Of a stretch of 64,000 nt of DNA, positions 48,700 to 61,968 are shown in pieces. Below the pieces are notes generated by a model. That model saw only the letters and a list, made by a program, of their open reading frames with translations. It was not told the DNA's origin and ran no database searches. The position numbers were made by a program, and so were the translations under genes. The DNA comes from Neoechinorhynchus agilis (Eukaryota; Animalia; Acanthocephala): the NCBI GenBank assembly GCA_051530055.1, contig CM121341.1:2780151-2844150 (forward strand), written 5' to 3'. Every line of letters begins with the position of its first letter. The first letter of the stretch is position 1.

Positions 48700-49680
48700 C
48701 CCTATTCATCGGCGCTGGCCAAAATGCTAGCCGCATTGCCCCGCTGCACCGCAATGCTTATTTTTTGCGCCAAGAACGAAGTCGATCTTGGCTCTCCAGT
48801 TGCCGCGTTGATTCGTTTCCCCAAGACCTTCACGAGGGCTAGTGCCGACCCTCCCAAGGTACGTTTCCACACCGAAGGGGACAAATGGTAGTTTCGGATT
48901 AGCTCCCGGTATTTCGAGCATTTCCGCTCCTCTGCCGCCGTCGCCGCTCCTCCTGGACCTTTTTTTCGAGTGGATGATGTTGGAGTTTGCCAACGTGTCC
49001 ACACACATTGCATCCCACAACAAACATTTTCCCTCCCGCCAAGGAAATACGGTCACGCCATCAGGGCGTCTTCCATCTAATCTACAAAGATTAGTGAGTT
49101 CTAGAATGTTTGGGGGGAAAGCGTTTTTTGGGTCCTACTCAGAATGGCATTGATTTCAGCATGCCTTGGAAATCGTCCCGATGACGTCTTGCATATGAGA
49201 CCGAAGAGTCCACTATAGTGCCGCAGCGGCAGCGATGCGGGATGCAAATCGCTAGACCTAATCTCAAGGATACTGCGATCCTGACGATTGAATCAGCAAG
49301 GAGATTTCCAAGTTTCCCAACAGGGAGAGCATTCAGCCACGCTCCCGACTCCTTCGTGGAACAGGCTACCAACCGGACCTGAGACACCTCATCCAGAAGA
49401 TCTTTGAAAGAGTTGTGAATCTTCTGAACAAGAGGAATGTCCCAAGACGACTGTTTGCATTCATTTGCGGGGAGCTGGTTGATGCCTGTCAATTGATGCC
49501 ATTGAGATAATCCTGTTTCAAAGATCGCATCCTTCAGTGATGTGCCTAAAATGGCATCGACATAGACTTTACTTGCCCGGCAAGAGGAGAGGAAGGCAGG
49601 TAAAGCGACGTCTGAAGTGGTGCGCACTCCCAAACCACCATAAGCCGTGGGAAAAGTAGCCTGTCGCCAACCTGTGTCAG
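48700..49680 (-). mobile_element. Third CRE-like element, 3' fragment
   Basis: QATFPTAYGGLGVR, GAWLNALP, VSLRLG...HRCRCG, DGRRPDGVTVFPW..GKCLLWD, QKISIAVQRGNA. Confidence 0.85.
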
Positions 49681-50630
49681 AAAATTTGACTATTTTATAT
49701 ATTTTTTTGTATAAAAAACCGAAAAAGCGAAAATGACTAAGGATAAAGTAAAAAATAATGAATAAACGTGACAACGTCTCCTTTTTGACAAATTGACCAA
49801 AGATAAAAATTAAAAATACATGTCATTTACATAAATTTAAACTGCATACAACATATTTAATATGTGAACGAGAATTACAATTCTAATAAAAAAAGGGTAA
49901 CTTCTTTAAAAACAATAATAAGACCTTTTTGGATATTTGAGCAATATATTTGCGAAAGCCAGGTTGGCTCAAATGTTCAAATAAACGCTTTAATAAATGA
50001 AATTTTAGGAATATTTTGATATTCTTGGCATCTGATATAGAGATCCCCGAACCACGAGAATCCAGCGAACCCGAACCATACAATTGAAAGCAGCTAAAAA
50101 CTTTTTTGATGACTGATAAAATATTTATTATCCGGGGGATTATGATCACCACATCGTCAAATCATTTTTATTTCAGAAAATGTTCTAAGACTTTTTTTAA
50201 AGTTCGTTTAAGCGTAATAGAAAGCTGGAAAATGTAAAAATCCAAGCTAAAATTGCTAGATAAATAAATATAAAATCCTCAAATGAAGTTCGAAATAGAA
50301 GAATTTAAATTTTCTGTTCATTATATGAAAGAAAAACAAAGTAGCAGGAGATGAAAAGAAAAGCGGATCAGCGACTAAGGTCATCTCGAACGTCGTTAAA
50401 GTCGAAAAAGAAGAATTTAAATTTTCTTTGTATTCTATGAAAGAAAAATCGAGTGGGCTCTGAGGAGAGACGCCGACGCCGGTTTCGATTATTTTTCGGC
50501 AACAAGGCCACGTTTGCGCAAAGTGAATCCAAATCAGATCGCGAGCCATAATTCGCCAGGTTGAAACAGTAGACAAAAGCGAATAAGACGAAGTTTAAAC
50601 TGAATCTCAAAACATAGAACCTGAAATGAA

Positions 50631-52497
50631 TCTGAGGAAAGACCAACCTTACAAGCACTCCCGGAAGCAATAAACACCAATTCCCACCCGAACGAACCTT
50701 CCAACCCAACCGGATATTCTCAAACGAACGGACAAATTCTCACCCGAACGAACGTCGCCCGACTTTATAGTCCCATTCGAATAGACAGCCCTCCGACCAG
50801 ATATTACCACCCGAACGGACATCCGTCGACTGGATATTCCCATCCTAACGGATACGCTTTCTTTGAACAATTATGAACCTGAATGCTTATGAGGACCCAA
50901 AGGTACATGGGTCCTCCTATTCTTTCTTTGTATTTTCAACAATAAACGTGTTATTATTATATCTTAAGCAGTAATTTAGGCGATCAAATAAAACCTGCGC
51001 TCTCGGATATCATGACGTGAAATCATTCTGAGGAAAGACCAACCTTACAAGCACTCCCGAAGCAATAAACACCAATTCCCACCAGAACGAACCTTCCAAC
51101 CCAACCGGATATTCTCAAACGAACGGACAAATTCTCACCCGAACGAACGTCGCCCGACTTTATAGTCCCATTCGAATAGACAGCCCTCCGACCAGATATT
51201 ACCACCCGAACGGACATCCGTCGACTGGATATTCCCATCCTAACGGATACGCTTTCTTTGAACAATTATGAACCTGAATGCTTATGAGGACCCAAAGGTA
51301 CATGGGTCCTCCTATTCCTTCTTTGTATTTTCAACAATTAACGTGTTATTATTATATCTTAAGCAGTAATTTAGGCGATCAAATAAAACCTGCGCTCTCG
51401 GATATCATGACGTGAAATCATTCTGAGGAAAGACCAACCTTACAAGCACTCCCGGAAGCAATAAACACCAATTCCCACCCGAACGAACCTTCCAACCCAA
51501 CCGGATATTCTCAAACGAACGGACAAATTCTCACCCGAACGAACGTCGCCCGACTTTATAGTCCCATTCGAATAGACAGCCCTCCGACCAGATATTACCA
51601 CCCGAACGGACATCCGTCGACTGGATATTCCCATCCTAACGGATACGCTTTCTTTGAACAATTATGAACCTGAATGCTTATGAGGACCCAAAGGTACAAG
51701 GGTCCTCCTGTTCTTTCTTTGTATTTTCAACAATAAATGTGTTATTATTATATCTTAAGCAGTAATTTAGGCGATCAAATAAAACCTGCGCTCTCGGATA
51801 TCATGACGTGAAATCATTCTGAGGAAAGACCAACCTTACAAGCACTCCCGGAAGCAATAAACACCAATTCCCACCCGAACGAACCTTCCAACCCAACCGG
51901 ATATTCTCGAACGAACGGACAAATTCACACCCGAACAAACGTCACCCGACTTTATAGCCCGACCCGAATAGACAGCCCTCCGACCAGATATTACCGCCCG
52001 AACGGACATCCGTCGACTGGATATTCCCATCCTAACGGATACGTTTTCTTTGAACAATTATGAACCTGAATGCTTATGAGGACCCAAAGGTACAAGGGTC
52101 CTCCTGTTCTTTCTTTGTATTTTCAACAATAAACGTGTTATTATTATATCTTAAGCAGTAATTTAGGCGATCAAATAAAACCTGCGCTCTCGGATATCAT
52201 GACGTGAAATGATTCTGACGAAAGACCAACCTTACAAGCACTCCCGGAAGCAATAAACACCAATTCCCACCCGAACGAACCTTCCAACCCAACCGGATAT
52301 TCTCAAACGAACGGACAAATTCTCACCCGAACGAACGTCGCCCGACTTTATAGTCCCATTCGAATAGACAGCCCTCCGACCAGATATTACCACCCGAACG
52401 GACACCCGTCGACTGGATATTCCAATCCTAACGGATACGCTTTCTTTTAAACAATTATGAACCAGAATGCTTATGAGGACCCAAAGGTACATGGGTC
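50631..52497 (+). repeat. 396-bp tandem array (4 full units plus 1 partial) built from a LINE-like 3' end plus flank
   Basis: Unit starts at 50631, 51027, 51422, 51818 and 52214; each unit has about 33-nt internal subrepeats, the hairpin GAGGACCC/GGGTCCTC, AATAAA and TTATTATT. Confidence 0.95.
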
Positions 52498-52784
52498 ATT
52501 TTTTCCTTGTAATCTCCAGAGTGTGGATTTTAGACCTCGATAAATGCGATCAAAGTTGTGCCTCCGTAATCAACCGGATTTCAAAATAAAATCATTTTAA
52601 TTTCTTAGCCACAAAACAACCAGTAAAAACACTCTGTTTCGTAGGACAAACACGGAAGAAACGGACTGCAAATTACCACTGTTTTTTCACAACAAATGAT
52701 GCAAACTACGGAAACTGTTGAAAGTATTTGCAAATTTGTTGAATCAGCAGAACCGTCTAATCCTCGTCGTTAAATTGTCGGTAT

Positions 52785-53030
52785 TTAAGGATTTTTTAAT
52801 AAGTCTTCATCCGGTAAAGAGTTTATTAAAAACGTTCTGTGATCCTCGCCGATTTCAGCTTTTTCAAAAAAATTCAACTGGTGAAATGATTATTTTGCTT
52901 TCACACGAATTTCGTCGTAAACTTTTTATCTGGATTTCAGCGAGGGAATTTGGTACTTGTAAAAAAACTCTTTAATTTTATACTTGATTTTAAGTAGAAT
53001 TTCACCAATTTATTGTTTGAAGATATAAAC
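52785..53030 (-). repeat. Single inverted copy of the 323/325-bp repeat family
   Basis: Reverse complement of the units at 60871-61968 (aagtcttcatccggtaaagagtttattaaa...gagggaatttggtacttgtaaaaaa). Confidence 0.85.
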
Positions 53031-53489
53031 ATAATTATTCGCCTTCCTCGTCCTCAATTGTCGCTCGAATGCTTGCAGTGTTGCCTCTCAACACGACGAT
53101 GCTGATATTTTGACCTTGTATCACCGGTTATAACCTGAAGGCGTCGCTTCAGATCCCTCGGGAGTTGAAGAGCGTCGAAATAAAACAAACCAAAATTTAG
53201 GGTTGTAAATATTGCGTTCTTTCGCAGTCAGACGTTATTTACGTCATCGGTCTTTGAAATGCTCACAATTCTAATTTTGTTCAATTAGTGGACAAACGTG
53301 GCATTCGGAACTGTTAGATGGTAAAGTGAAGGTTTATTCGTACTGAAAATTTTATTCAAATGGTCTTTAAAGAATATTGATTTTCCTTCCATTGATTATC
53401 GCATGTTCTAAGGATATTTAGTGAATCTTTACGGCTCACAAAAATCTTAGGTTAAGAATCCGTGATTTTTAGAGATAAAGATTTCAATC

Positions 53490-56400
53490 ATGCCAAAAGA
53501 GCGTCGTGGTGGAATTCCGCCGAAAAAACCTAATTCTAAGAAAGGACCCATTCAATCTAGTCAATTCTTGGAATCGCGATCAACTGGTCTTTTAGGATTC
53601 TCAGCTTTCGCAACGGACGATTCCTCTGAACAACATGATCAATTCTCTGAAGTAAATCCCGAGCTTGAATCTTACATAAGGAAGTTAAGTAAAAAGAGCA
53701 ACGTTTCCAAAATCAAAGCTCTTCAGTCCATCCAATCATTCATAAATTTTAACGAAAACCGAGATCAAGTTGTTCGATTATGGCCAAAAGTTTATTGCCG
53801 TTTGTGTTTAGATTCTGACCAAATGGTTAGAGGGGAACTTGTGAAAACGACCAAACTTCTTTTATCAAAATGTTCATTTGAGGAACTGAAGAAAGATGAT
53901 GTGATTGCATATTTTTATTTATCTACGGGCGATCCATTTGTTCCAGTAAGTGAGATGGCTATACAAAACATCGCGGACAACAACTTGAACAATAATGTAA
54001 ATAATCAGGTTCTTGTTCAACTTTGGACAAAGGTTATTGAACTTCACAAAAGTGACGATCTTCTTTGTATGCCCATCGGCGGTCTCGTGAATGCTTTGAA
54101 AAGTGTAAAAAGCGATCGTACTTTGACGGATATTGACAGGGTTGTTGATCATCCTGTTTATGGAGAATTGATTAAGAAGTCTAAAGATGCTGACGTCATA
54201 TGTTCTAGATTGATCGATCTCACTCTTTTATTGGCCCGTAGATCTTCTCTTCAGGGACGAATTTTAAAAGCAATAAGTGGACAATTGATTGGTCCGAGAG
54301 CAGTAGAGTGGTTAAATGCATTATTTCAGCTGTCAATAATGCAAAATATATGGTCAAGTATTGATTTCCACACTCATATTGTCCCTTCACTTCGGCAAAA
54401 TCTGGCCCATCTTCTACCTCAAACTCAATTTCTAATGACTTTCCTAGAGCTTTTATCTCGCTATTGTAAAGAAACTGAAAGTGGCAAATTAAAACTTCAT
54501 GAAATTATTACAAAGATTAAGGATGAAATCATGGTGGCTTTGAGGAAGGATCATACGAAATACGAACTTGGACTAATTTTCCTAAGATGGATTCTTAACT
54601 TTGAAATCTACGACATTTCTGACCTAAATGAAAATTTTCTGCGAGACATTCTCTTTAACTCAAATGTACCATTCTCTTCTTCGATGCTTCATGAACACTT
54701 GTCCAATGTAACATCTTCTGCAAGAACTCAACAAAACTTTATAGATCTTGTTGAACATATTTTAAATGACGAAGATAGCGAGACTAACGGGAGTCATTTG
54801 TCGACAATTCGAGCTCTTATCGAATCTAAATTGATTGAAGATGACCTATTGTTAAAACATCATTTTTCAGTTTATTTATCAAGAAAATTAAGCGGCAAAG
54901 ATAGAGATAAGGTTGCTGGAGTCTTAAAAACAAATCGATTCGATCTTTTTGGCTCTGAGCGCACAAAAGTATTTAATTTGAAAAAGCTTTTATTCATACT
55001 TAAGCCTGAAATTGTAAACCTTTAGACTATTTTTTTTACTTTTCCGTGAAGACCGAATCGTTTTTTGTAGCCAAATGGAATAGTAAATCGATTTGGCAGA
55101 GTTTGAATATGACTTGCGAAATCGAAAATAGTTCGGATCAACTGGTAAAAGTTCATACTCGAATAATTCTTTTTTCCAAACAACCTCAAGAAAAGATTGA
55201 AGAATTTATGCACTCAATGCAAAAATCTCATCCGTCGATCGTGGAAGACGTGTTGATTTTAATAAAAGCGAATCGGTTTCCAGCAATCAACCTTGCCAAA
55301 ATCATTGACTTGAATCAAATGGTAAATGATTATTTTGAAGGAAAAACCAATTTGATATTTGATGTTTTGGAATCATGCGATCCAAGCTCACTGGCGAAAA
55401 TTACCATGATTTTGCCTCAATTTTCCGATCAAACAAAACGTTTTAACAAAGTTTTGAAAATGTTGGAGAAGCTCATTTATTTAAGTCATGAAGTCGCTGA
55501 AGAAATTCTGGGCGTTGTTCTTAAAGATCTTCCACAACCTTGCGAATTTATTTCCCTAATTATCAATGATTGTATAAAGGCTCAAACAAAAACAAGTCCA
55601 TGTGATATTCTAGTGTTATTTCGGTCATTTGTTAAAGAATTCGATCCCTTATTACTCGACGATTTATGTCGTCAACTCTCTTCTGAAGACTTAAAAAGTC
55701 TCGTTTACGATCACAACATCGTTGAGTTGATACCTAAAGCCATTTTGAAATTAATGGAAACAATCGACACCATAGAGATATTCGATGTGATTCGTCTTTT
55801 ACGAATAGATCGAAAGTATCAAAACAAATGCATCCAGAATATCCCGGACGGATTCCTTGTTGATCTTTTATCGAAATTCGGTGAAGCTTTCTTGGAAAAA
55901 GTTACACCGGAGGACATTGATTTTTATTTTTCGGAAAATCCGGCTTTATTCAAACACTCGTGCGTTTCTTTTAGGAACAAAATTGAAGACGTTCTCCAAG
56001 ATAAAAACGCTTTTATTCTAAGTAAAATTGTTTCGAAAGCGGGTGAACAGTGTTTAAAAGAAAAAGACAATTGTACAGATTATCTATGGCACAAACTTGT
56101 TTCATCGGTTTATCCTAAATTTCCTCAAGATCCAGATCCTCCAAAGTCAACCATATTTGATCAGATCATGAACTTGTCACGATTCGGCGAAGGCATTGTT
56201 TCACCTAAAGAAGAGCTTTCCGATTGGCAATTGGCTATCAATCCGGACACACTTCGCATAGTACGAATCCTTAATTCATACCACCGTATTCGAAGAATTC
56301 ATGAGAGACTATTGCAAGAAGTAATAGACTATTGTACTCTGTATGAATCATTTCGGCTCGAATTTAAATCAACACTGGAATCGGATATTGATCTTTTAAA

Positions 56401-58975
56401 AGAAACCATTCTCCTTTTCAACCATATATTTTCACTTGGAAAAAAGACGATCACGAGCACTAGAAGCATCGATGCCGCACTTTTTCTTACTCAAATCGCG
56501 CTGGGTTCATTCGCAAACAATACCGATGTCTTTATTCAATCAATCGAACTATTGACGATTGTGAGAGATAGAGCCATTTCTAACCAAGAACAGCTGAATG
56601 TCTTATTGAAATGCGAGCGAATTATTTTGAACGTTTTTCGAGGCATGTGTAAATCCGGGCAGGATACGAATTCCGCTATCTTGTTCATATGTGAGTATTT
56701 CCGTCGCATTGAATCAGATAAATTCTTGGGATTGCTGTTTGATATCAATACGAGTGGACCAATTGGTGAATATAACAATCATTTGGAAATTATGAAAACT
56801 CTTCTTCAATACTATACACTTAATTTAAACTCGTTAAGTATATCAGTACTATTGGCCCGTGCTATGGTTTCGGCTGCCATGCTCCAAAACAATAAATTCG
56901 AAGTTACTGGCGAAGGAAACACTGCAAGGTCTGTCATTCCAAATGACTTTATTGGTGCCTTAGACCGTAGGATTTTTAAATGGGATTTATGTGGAAGTTT
57001 GAATTTCTACCATTATCTTTTTTTTGAAAATGATACAGCTAGATTTATTCTTATCACCTATAACTAATAATCCTTAAATCTATATTTCTTTAAGAGCTCA
57101 TTGCAAATATCCTACAGAATACATTCTTGGAATACAGTACTTCTAAAGTCAACGTCGGATCAGGATTTTTTGAACAACTCTGCTGGATTTCTTTTGCTCG
57201 TACATGTCATAATTATTGTCTATGCAAAATGTTCGCCTAATAAGCTGGTGATTGAAAGCATTAGCCAGAACCTTCATTCTAATGACTTCGCATCGAAGTT
57301 GATCAGAGCTTTAGTTGGAGTCTTAGAGGACTGTACTAATATTGATCGGATATTGGACGAATTGAAAACAAGAGAATTCTCATGTGATTTCGTTGTATTG
57401 ACTCTGGAGACCGAGATCAATCTTCATAGTCTTGAACAATTAGCCGCTTGTCTTTTATACGATGGATTTGTGAATGCTCCTAAGCTCATGAGGGAGTTTG
57501 CGGCTTTAATGGATGGTGGACGACAGAAACGGGCATTTTTCTCGCTTTTGTTTACTCACTTCACACCGGCTATTATTTCCACACAAATGAACGCGATCAA
57601 TGATTTAATTGAAGGCGACTTGGTGATTAATAGGTAGCTAAAGATAATTTTGGTTAGTGCTTAAATCTTTTCAATCTTTCCAAATAAGTGCACTTGACCA
57701 TAATTTTTAGAAGGTTTGAATTCAACCCTACTTTCAATGCTTCGAATGATCATTAACGCTTTGATCAAGATATGTTTTTTATCTTTTGAGTAAAGATATC
57801 ACAGAACAGACAATCTTAGTGAACTGCAGTAACTTTTGGTGCGAAGATGATGGTAACCTTTGATCAAAGTCACTCATTGGAGTCGCCAGCGCAATTCAGT
57901 GAATCGAGAGTTGCGGGCTTTTTCCTTACAAATATCACTTTAAACGTTTAGAGATGATATGCGGCAACCTTGGCAGCTTAGTCGCCTAACCTGGATCTTT
58001 ATTTTTTACATATCTCGGCAACTTAAAAGTTATCTTAAAAGAAACTGGATCCATTTTTGAACTAACGCTTTCCTTGGAACAATCGGTAAATTTGTCGTAC
58101 TAAACTGAAAGCAATGACCGGCTAAGTGGGGCGTAGGAATGACAGTTCAACCTATCAAAGACGAAATACGACCACTTTTAATATTTAAACTCGAAAAGGT
58201 CACATTACCTTCCAAGGAAACCGGATCCACTTTTGAACTAACGCTTTTTTGGATATTAGGTCGCCCGCTAAAGATTGCAGATTACTTAGTAATACAGTCG
58301 ATTCCGGCTTAATCGGACCACATCGGGACTCGATCCCATTTATATTAATAAGTGGCTTGTCCGATATGTACTTGGTTTTGATTCCTTTTTTAAGAAATAA
58401 ATTCATTTAAAGGTCATCACAGGTCGTCTTCTTTAATGCAACGAGAAGCAAACAATTCCGACGATGTTTTGCTGAAAGTGCTTCCTAGCAAACAAGGTCG
58501 ATCTATAATAGCAATAATCGACATTGGAAAAACGGATCAATACGGGGATGGTAAATGCATTAAGGACGCAGCTCTTTCTTCTAAAGCATGCAAAATCGAA
58601 CTTAATATAAAATTTCCTCCAAACTATCCCATTGAACCTTTCCACGTGGACTATAAATCTACTGCTAAGTCTTTAGCCAACGACGTAGAATGTAGACAAT
58701 GGAGTTTATCTTTAATGAAACAAGGATGTGATGCTGGTGGGATGAGCTTGTTCCGATCGCTTGTTCAATGGAAGAAGAATATGAGACAGAAGTTGGAAGG
58801 AGTGAGCGAATGCATGATTTGTCTCTACATTCTGGATTATCGAACTGACGAACTTCCGAATATTATGTGCGAAGTATGTAAAAAGAAGTTCCATCGACAC
58901 TGCTTATCCACTTGGTTCAACAATGCCCCAAACACGAATTGCCCTCATTGTAGAGGCGAGTTCTTTTGGCCGTAA
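53490..58975 (+). CDS. LTN1: E3 ubiquitin ligase listerin (Ltn1/Rkr1), at least 4 exons
   Basis: N-terminal LLGFSAF...YIRKLSKKSNVSKIKALQ; HEAT-like body; RWD-like IELNIKFPPNYP; C-terminal RING ECMICLYIL...CEVCKKKFHRHCLSTWF...CPHCR. Plausible introns near 55014-55051, 57038-57094 and 57634-58422. Confidence 0.93.
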
Positions 58976-59004
58976 TAAATAGATTAAACATTTTTTAAGA
59001 ATTT

Positions 59005-59452
59005 TTAGATTTCATTATCAGAAGTCTGCACAAGTTTGTCTACCATAAACATATTGGGAATCGAACAAAGAATATCGTCCTTTTCATTATTCATCAATAA
59101 TTCTATTTTATCACTTAGAACCTTTAATCTTTTCTCATGGCAAACGATTTGTTTCTCAATCATTACATCATAATTCTGTGATTCAGTTTGTTCAACTCTC
59201 AACTGAGAAGCATCTACATTTTGAGACTTTTCCACACACAAAGGTAGTTTAATAAGTCGAGGAACGAGCCAATGCGTCTTCGCTTCACATCTCCGGTTCG
59301 CTTTTTCGCTGTAGTCGCCTACGTTTTCAGAAAATCAGCTTAAGTATTATTGCTTTTGACTTACAGATCAATCGCATTTCTCCTGGACTGCAAATGCGTC
59401 TGTAATCACTGAAGGAATTGGTTTCTGCTTCATTTTCATCGACTACTATCAT
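59005..59452 (-). CDS. Small uncharacterised two-exon gene convergent with LTN1
   Basis: ATG at 59452, 46-nt GTAAGT...CGTAG intron in matching phase, open frame through ORF 59005-59241 (coiled-coil-like EKRLKVLSDKIELL). Confidence 0.45.
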
Positions 59453-59719
59453 TAATATAATTGGAAAAAGGAAGCACTTAAAACGAACCTGCTCTACGTT
59501 GTGAAGGTTTGTGTTTTTTAATGATCATAATACTCTGAGGAAAAACGATTTTTTAAAACAAAAAGTGTTGCCACAGTTTCAGAGTGAGTACAAAAGAAGT
59601 AGAGAAAACTAAGACTTCTAACCACGTTTTTTCCCTTAACTTTATGTTCGCGAAAAAATGGACGAAAGTTTTCATAGAAATCCGACAAATAAACAATAAA
59701 TATTAAAAGTGTTGTATAG

Positions 59720-60790
59720 AAGTCTCCATTATATAAACATGTTTTATTAATTAATGTAAGAAATGCACGATCCACACAGTTGCCAGCATCCATCTTTGCT
59801 GAAGGTGTCTGGATGTCGGATGTTGACGGCAAGGGAGGTGGGACTTGTTTTTGAAGGTGTGTTAATGTGCGATCCGAGGCTTTGTACAGGAGATGACCGA
59901 TTGGGAGTCTTTCCTTGTTCTCCGGTTGTTAAGGAAAGATTTTTGGTAGAGGGTGGTACGATCGAGGGGGGGTGAAAAAGGTTTGGGTTACGGGTGTTTA
60001 CGAAGGAAGAAAATTGTGGAGGGGGTTCAAGAAGACGGAGGGCGTTTTTTGGAGAAAATGGAGTGGAGGTGATGTGGAAGGTTTTGAGGGAATGTAGAGC
60101 ATTGACGGAAAGGGCGAAGAAAGTGGGGAAAGCGTATGTAAGGATAGGGAGGATGGCAGAAAGATAAAAATGAGCAAGGTGCTTAGAGGATACGCCGAGA
60201 CGCCGGAGGAGTTTGAGGAGGTAAAGACGCGGGTTTGTTTTAGAGAGTGTAAATGAAATGTGGGCATCCCATTTAAGGTTTTCTTGTAAAATCAGGCCCA
60301 GTATTCGGAGAGAAGAGGAGCGTTGGATGGGGAGAGGGAGAGGAGCGGGGATAAGGTTGCGTTTGGAAATGTGGGGGACAAGCTAAAAAGATTTGGATAA
60401 ATCTAGGGAGAGGTTTAGGGTGGAGAGCGAGGGAATGAGATGGTTGAGCTCGTCCATGGTTGTGGAGAGGGAGAGAGAGGGAGATGCGATGGTAATGACT
60501 GTGAGGCCATTTTCATAGAGAAAATATTTCGCAGGGGGAGTGAGGGGATGAAGGTCATTTAGAAAAATGTCAAAGGGAGAGGGGAAAGTACGGTGCCTTG
60601 GGGAACCCCTTTAAATATGGGCAGAGAGGAGGAACAAGAAGTTCCATATTGGATATATTGTTCGCGGTTGGAGAGGAAAGAGGAAATCCAAGCGAGTTGC
60701 CAGGTTTGGAGGCCCAAGGAAGCACATGATTGGAGGAGAAGGGAGTGATCGACCGACTCGAACGCCCTGGAAATATCCAGTTGCACGAGA
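59720..60790 (-). mobile_element. L2/CR1-like LINE 3' fragment
   Basis: QLDISRAFESVDH, WISSFLSNREQ, KGVPQGTVLSP; ends in taataaaacatgttta. Confidence 0.85.
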
Positions 60791-60870
60791 CATTTTTTTT
60801 ATTAAATACGTTCTGCAAACCTCGTCGGCTTCATCATCAGTTCCTTAGTTATTGAAACACGAATATTCGG

Positions 60871-61968
60871 TGAAGACTTATAAAAAATAATTCTCTAATC
60901 ATAAATCCCCCGTCCTGAAATATCGACAATTTGATATTGGCTGTTAAAGTATTGATCGCCCACAGTAAACATTAATTACTGATTCTATTTAGATTTATTT
61001 TATTTAAACTTAAAATCAAGTATAAAATTAAAGACAGTTTTTTACAAGTACCGAATTCCCTCGCTGGAATCCGGATAAAAAGTTAACGACGAAATTCGTG
61101 TGAAAGCAGAATAACTATTTTACCACTTGAATTTTTTGAAAAAGCTGAAATTGACGAGGCTCACAGAAAGTCTTTAATAAACTCTTTACCGGATGAGGAC
61201 TTATAAAAAATAATTCTCTAATCATAAATCCCCCGTCCTCAAATATCGACAATTTGATATTGGCTGTTGAAGCAATGATCGTCCGCAATGAACATTAATT
61301 GATAAAATTTTATTTAGATTTCTTTTATTTAAACTTAAAATCAAGTATAAAATTTAAAACAGTTTTTTACAAGTACCAAATTCCCTCGCTGAAATCCGGA
61401 TAAAAAATTAAGGACGAAATTCATGTGAAAGCAGAATAACTATTTTACCACTTGAATTTTTTGAAAAAGCTGAAATTGACGAGGCTCACAGAAAGTCTTT
61501 AATAAACTCTTTACCGGATGAAGACTTCTAAAAAATAATTCTCTAATCATAAATCCCCCGTCCTCAAATACGGACAATTTGATATTGGCTGTTAAAGTAT
61601 TGATCGCCCACAGTAAACATTAATTACTGATTCTATTTAGATTTCTTTTATTTAAACTTAAAATCAAGTATAAAATTAAAGACAGTTTTTTACAAGTACC
61701 AAATTCGCTCGCTGAAATCCGGATAAAAAGTTAACGACGAAATTCGTGTGAAAGCAGAATAACTTTTTTACCACTTGAATTTTTTGAAAAAGCTGAAATT
61801 GACGAGGCTCACAGAAAGTCTTTAATAAACTCTTTACCGGATGAGGACTTATAAAAAATAATTCTCTAATCATAAATCCCCCGTCCTCAAATATCGACAA
61901 TTTGATATTGGCTGTTGAAGCAATGATCGTCCGCAATGAACATTAATTGATAAAATTTTATTTAGATT
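60871..61968 (+). repeat. 323/325-bp tandem array with alternating A/B unit types
   Basis: Unit anchors at 60871, 61194, 61519 and 61842; units 1 and 3 share gtattgatcgcccacagtaaac, units 2 and 4 share gcaatgatcgtccgcaatgaac. Confidence 0.93.

Noticed and set aside
50880-50990. Array as spliced-leader RNA genes (AAAG|GTAC inside a hairpin)
   Set aside because: No convincing Sm site (RAU4-6GR), and the same hairpin sits at a LINE 3' end followed by AATAAA and TTA repeats. Kept only as an alternative to test.
50368-52492. Repeated minus-strand ORFs MFKESVSVRMG...
   Set aside because: Antisense by-products of the 396-bp array; one unit has a 1-nt deletion and there is no recognisable domain.
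53040-53180. Possible C/D snoRNA upstream of LTN1 (GATGCTGA...CTGA, CTGAAG/CTTCAG hairpin)
   Set aside because: Box C is non-consensus and no terminal stem or guide target is identifiable by eye.
58041-58255. About 40-nt direct repeat inside the last LTN1 intron
   Set aside because: Small local duplication with no coding or structural signal.
60795-60850. Hammerhead-like CTGATGA...GAAC-GTA on the minus strand
   Set aside because: GAAA core is incomplete, stem I does not pair, and there is no PLE context.
61190-61245. CGGATGA-GGAC...GTCC in the 323-bp repeat as a hammerhead
   Set aside because: The core is wrong (CGGAUGA) and GTCC is followed by TCAAA in most units.
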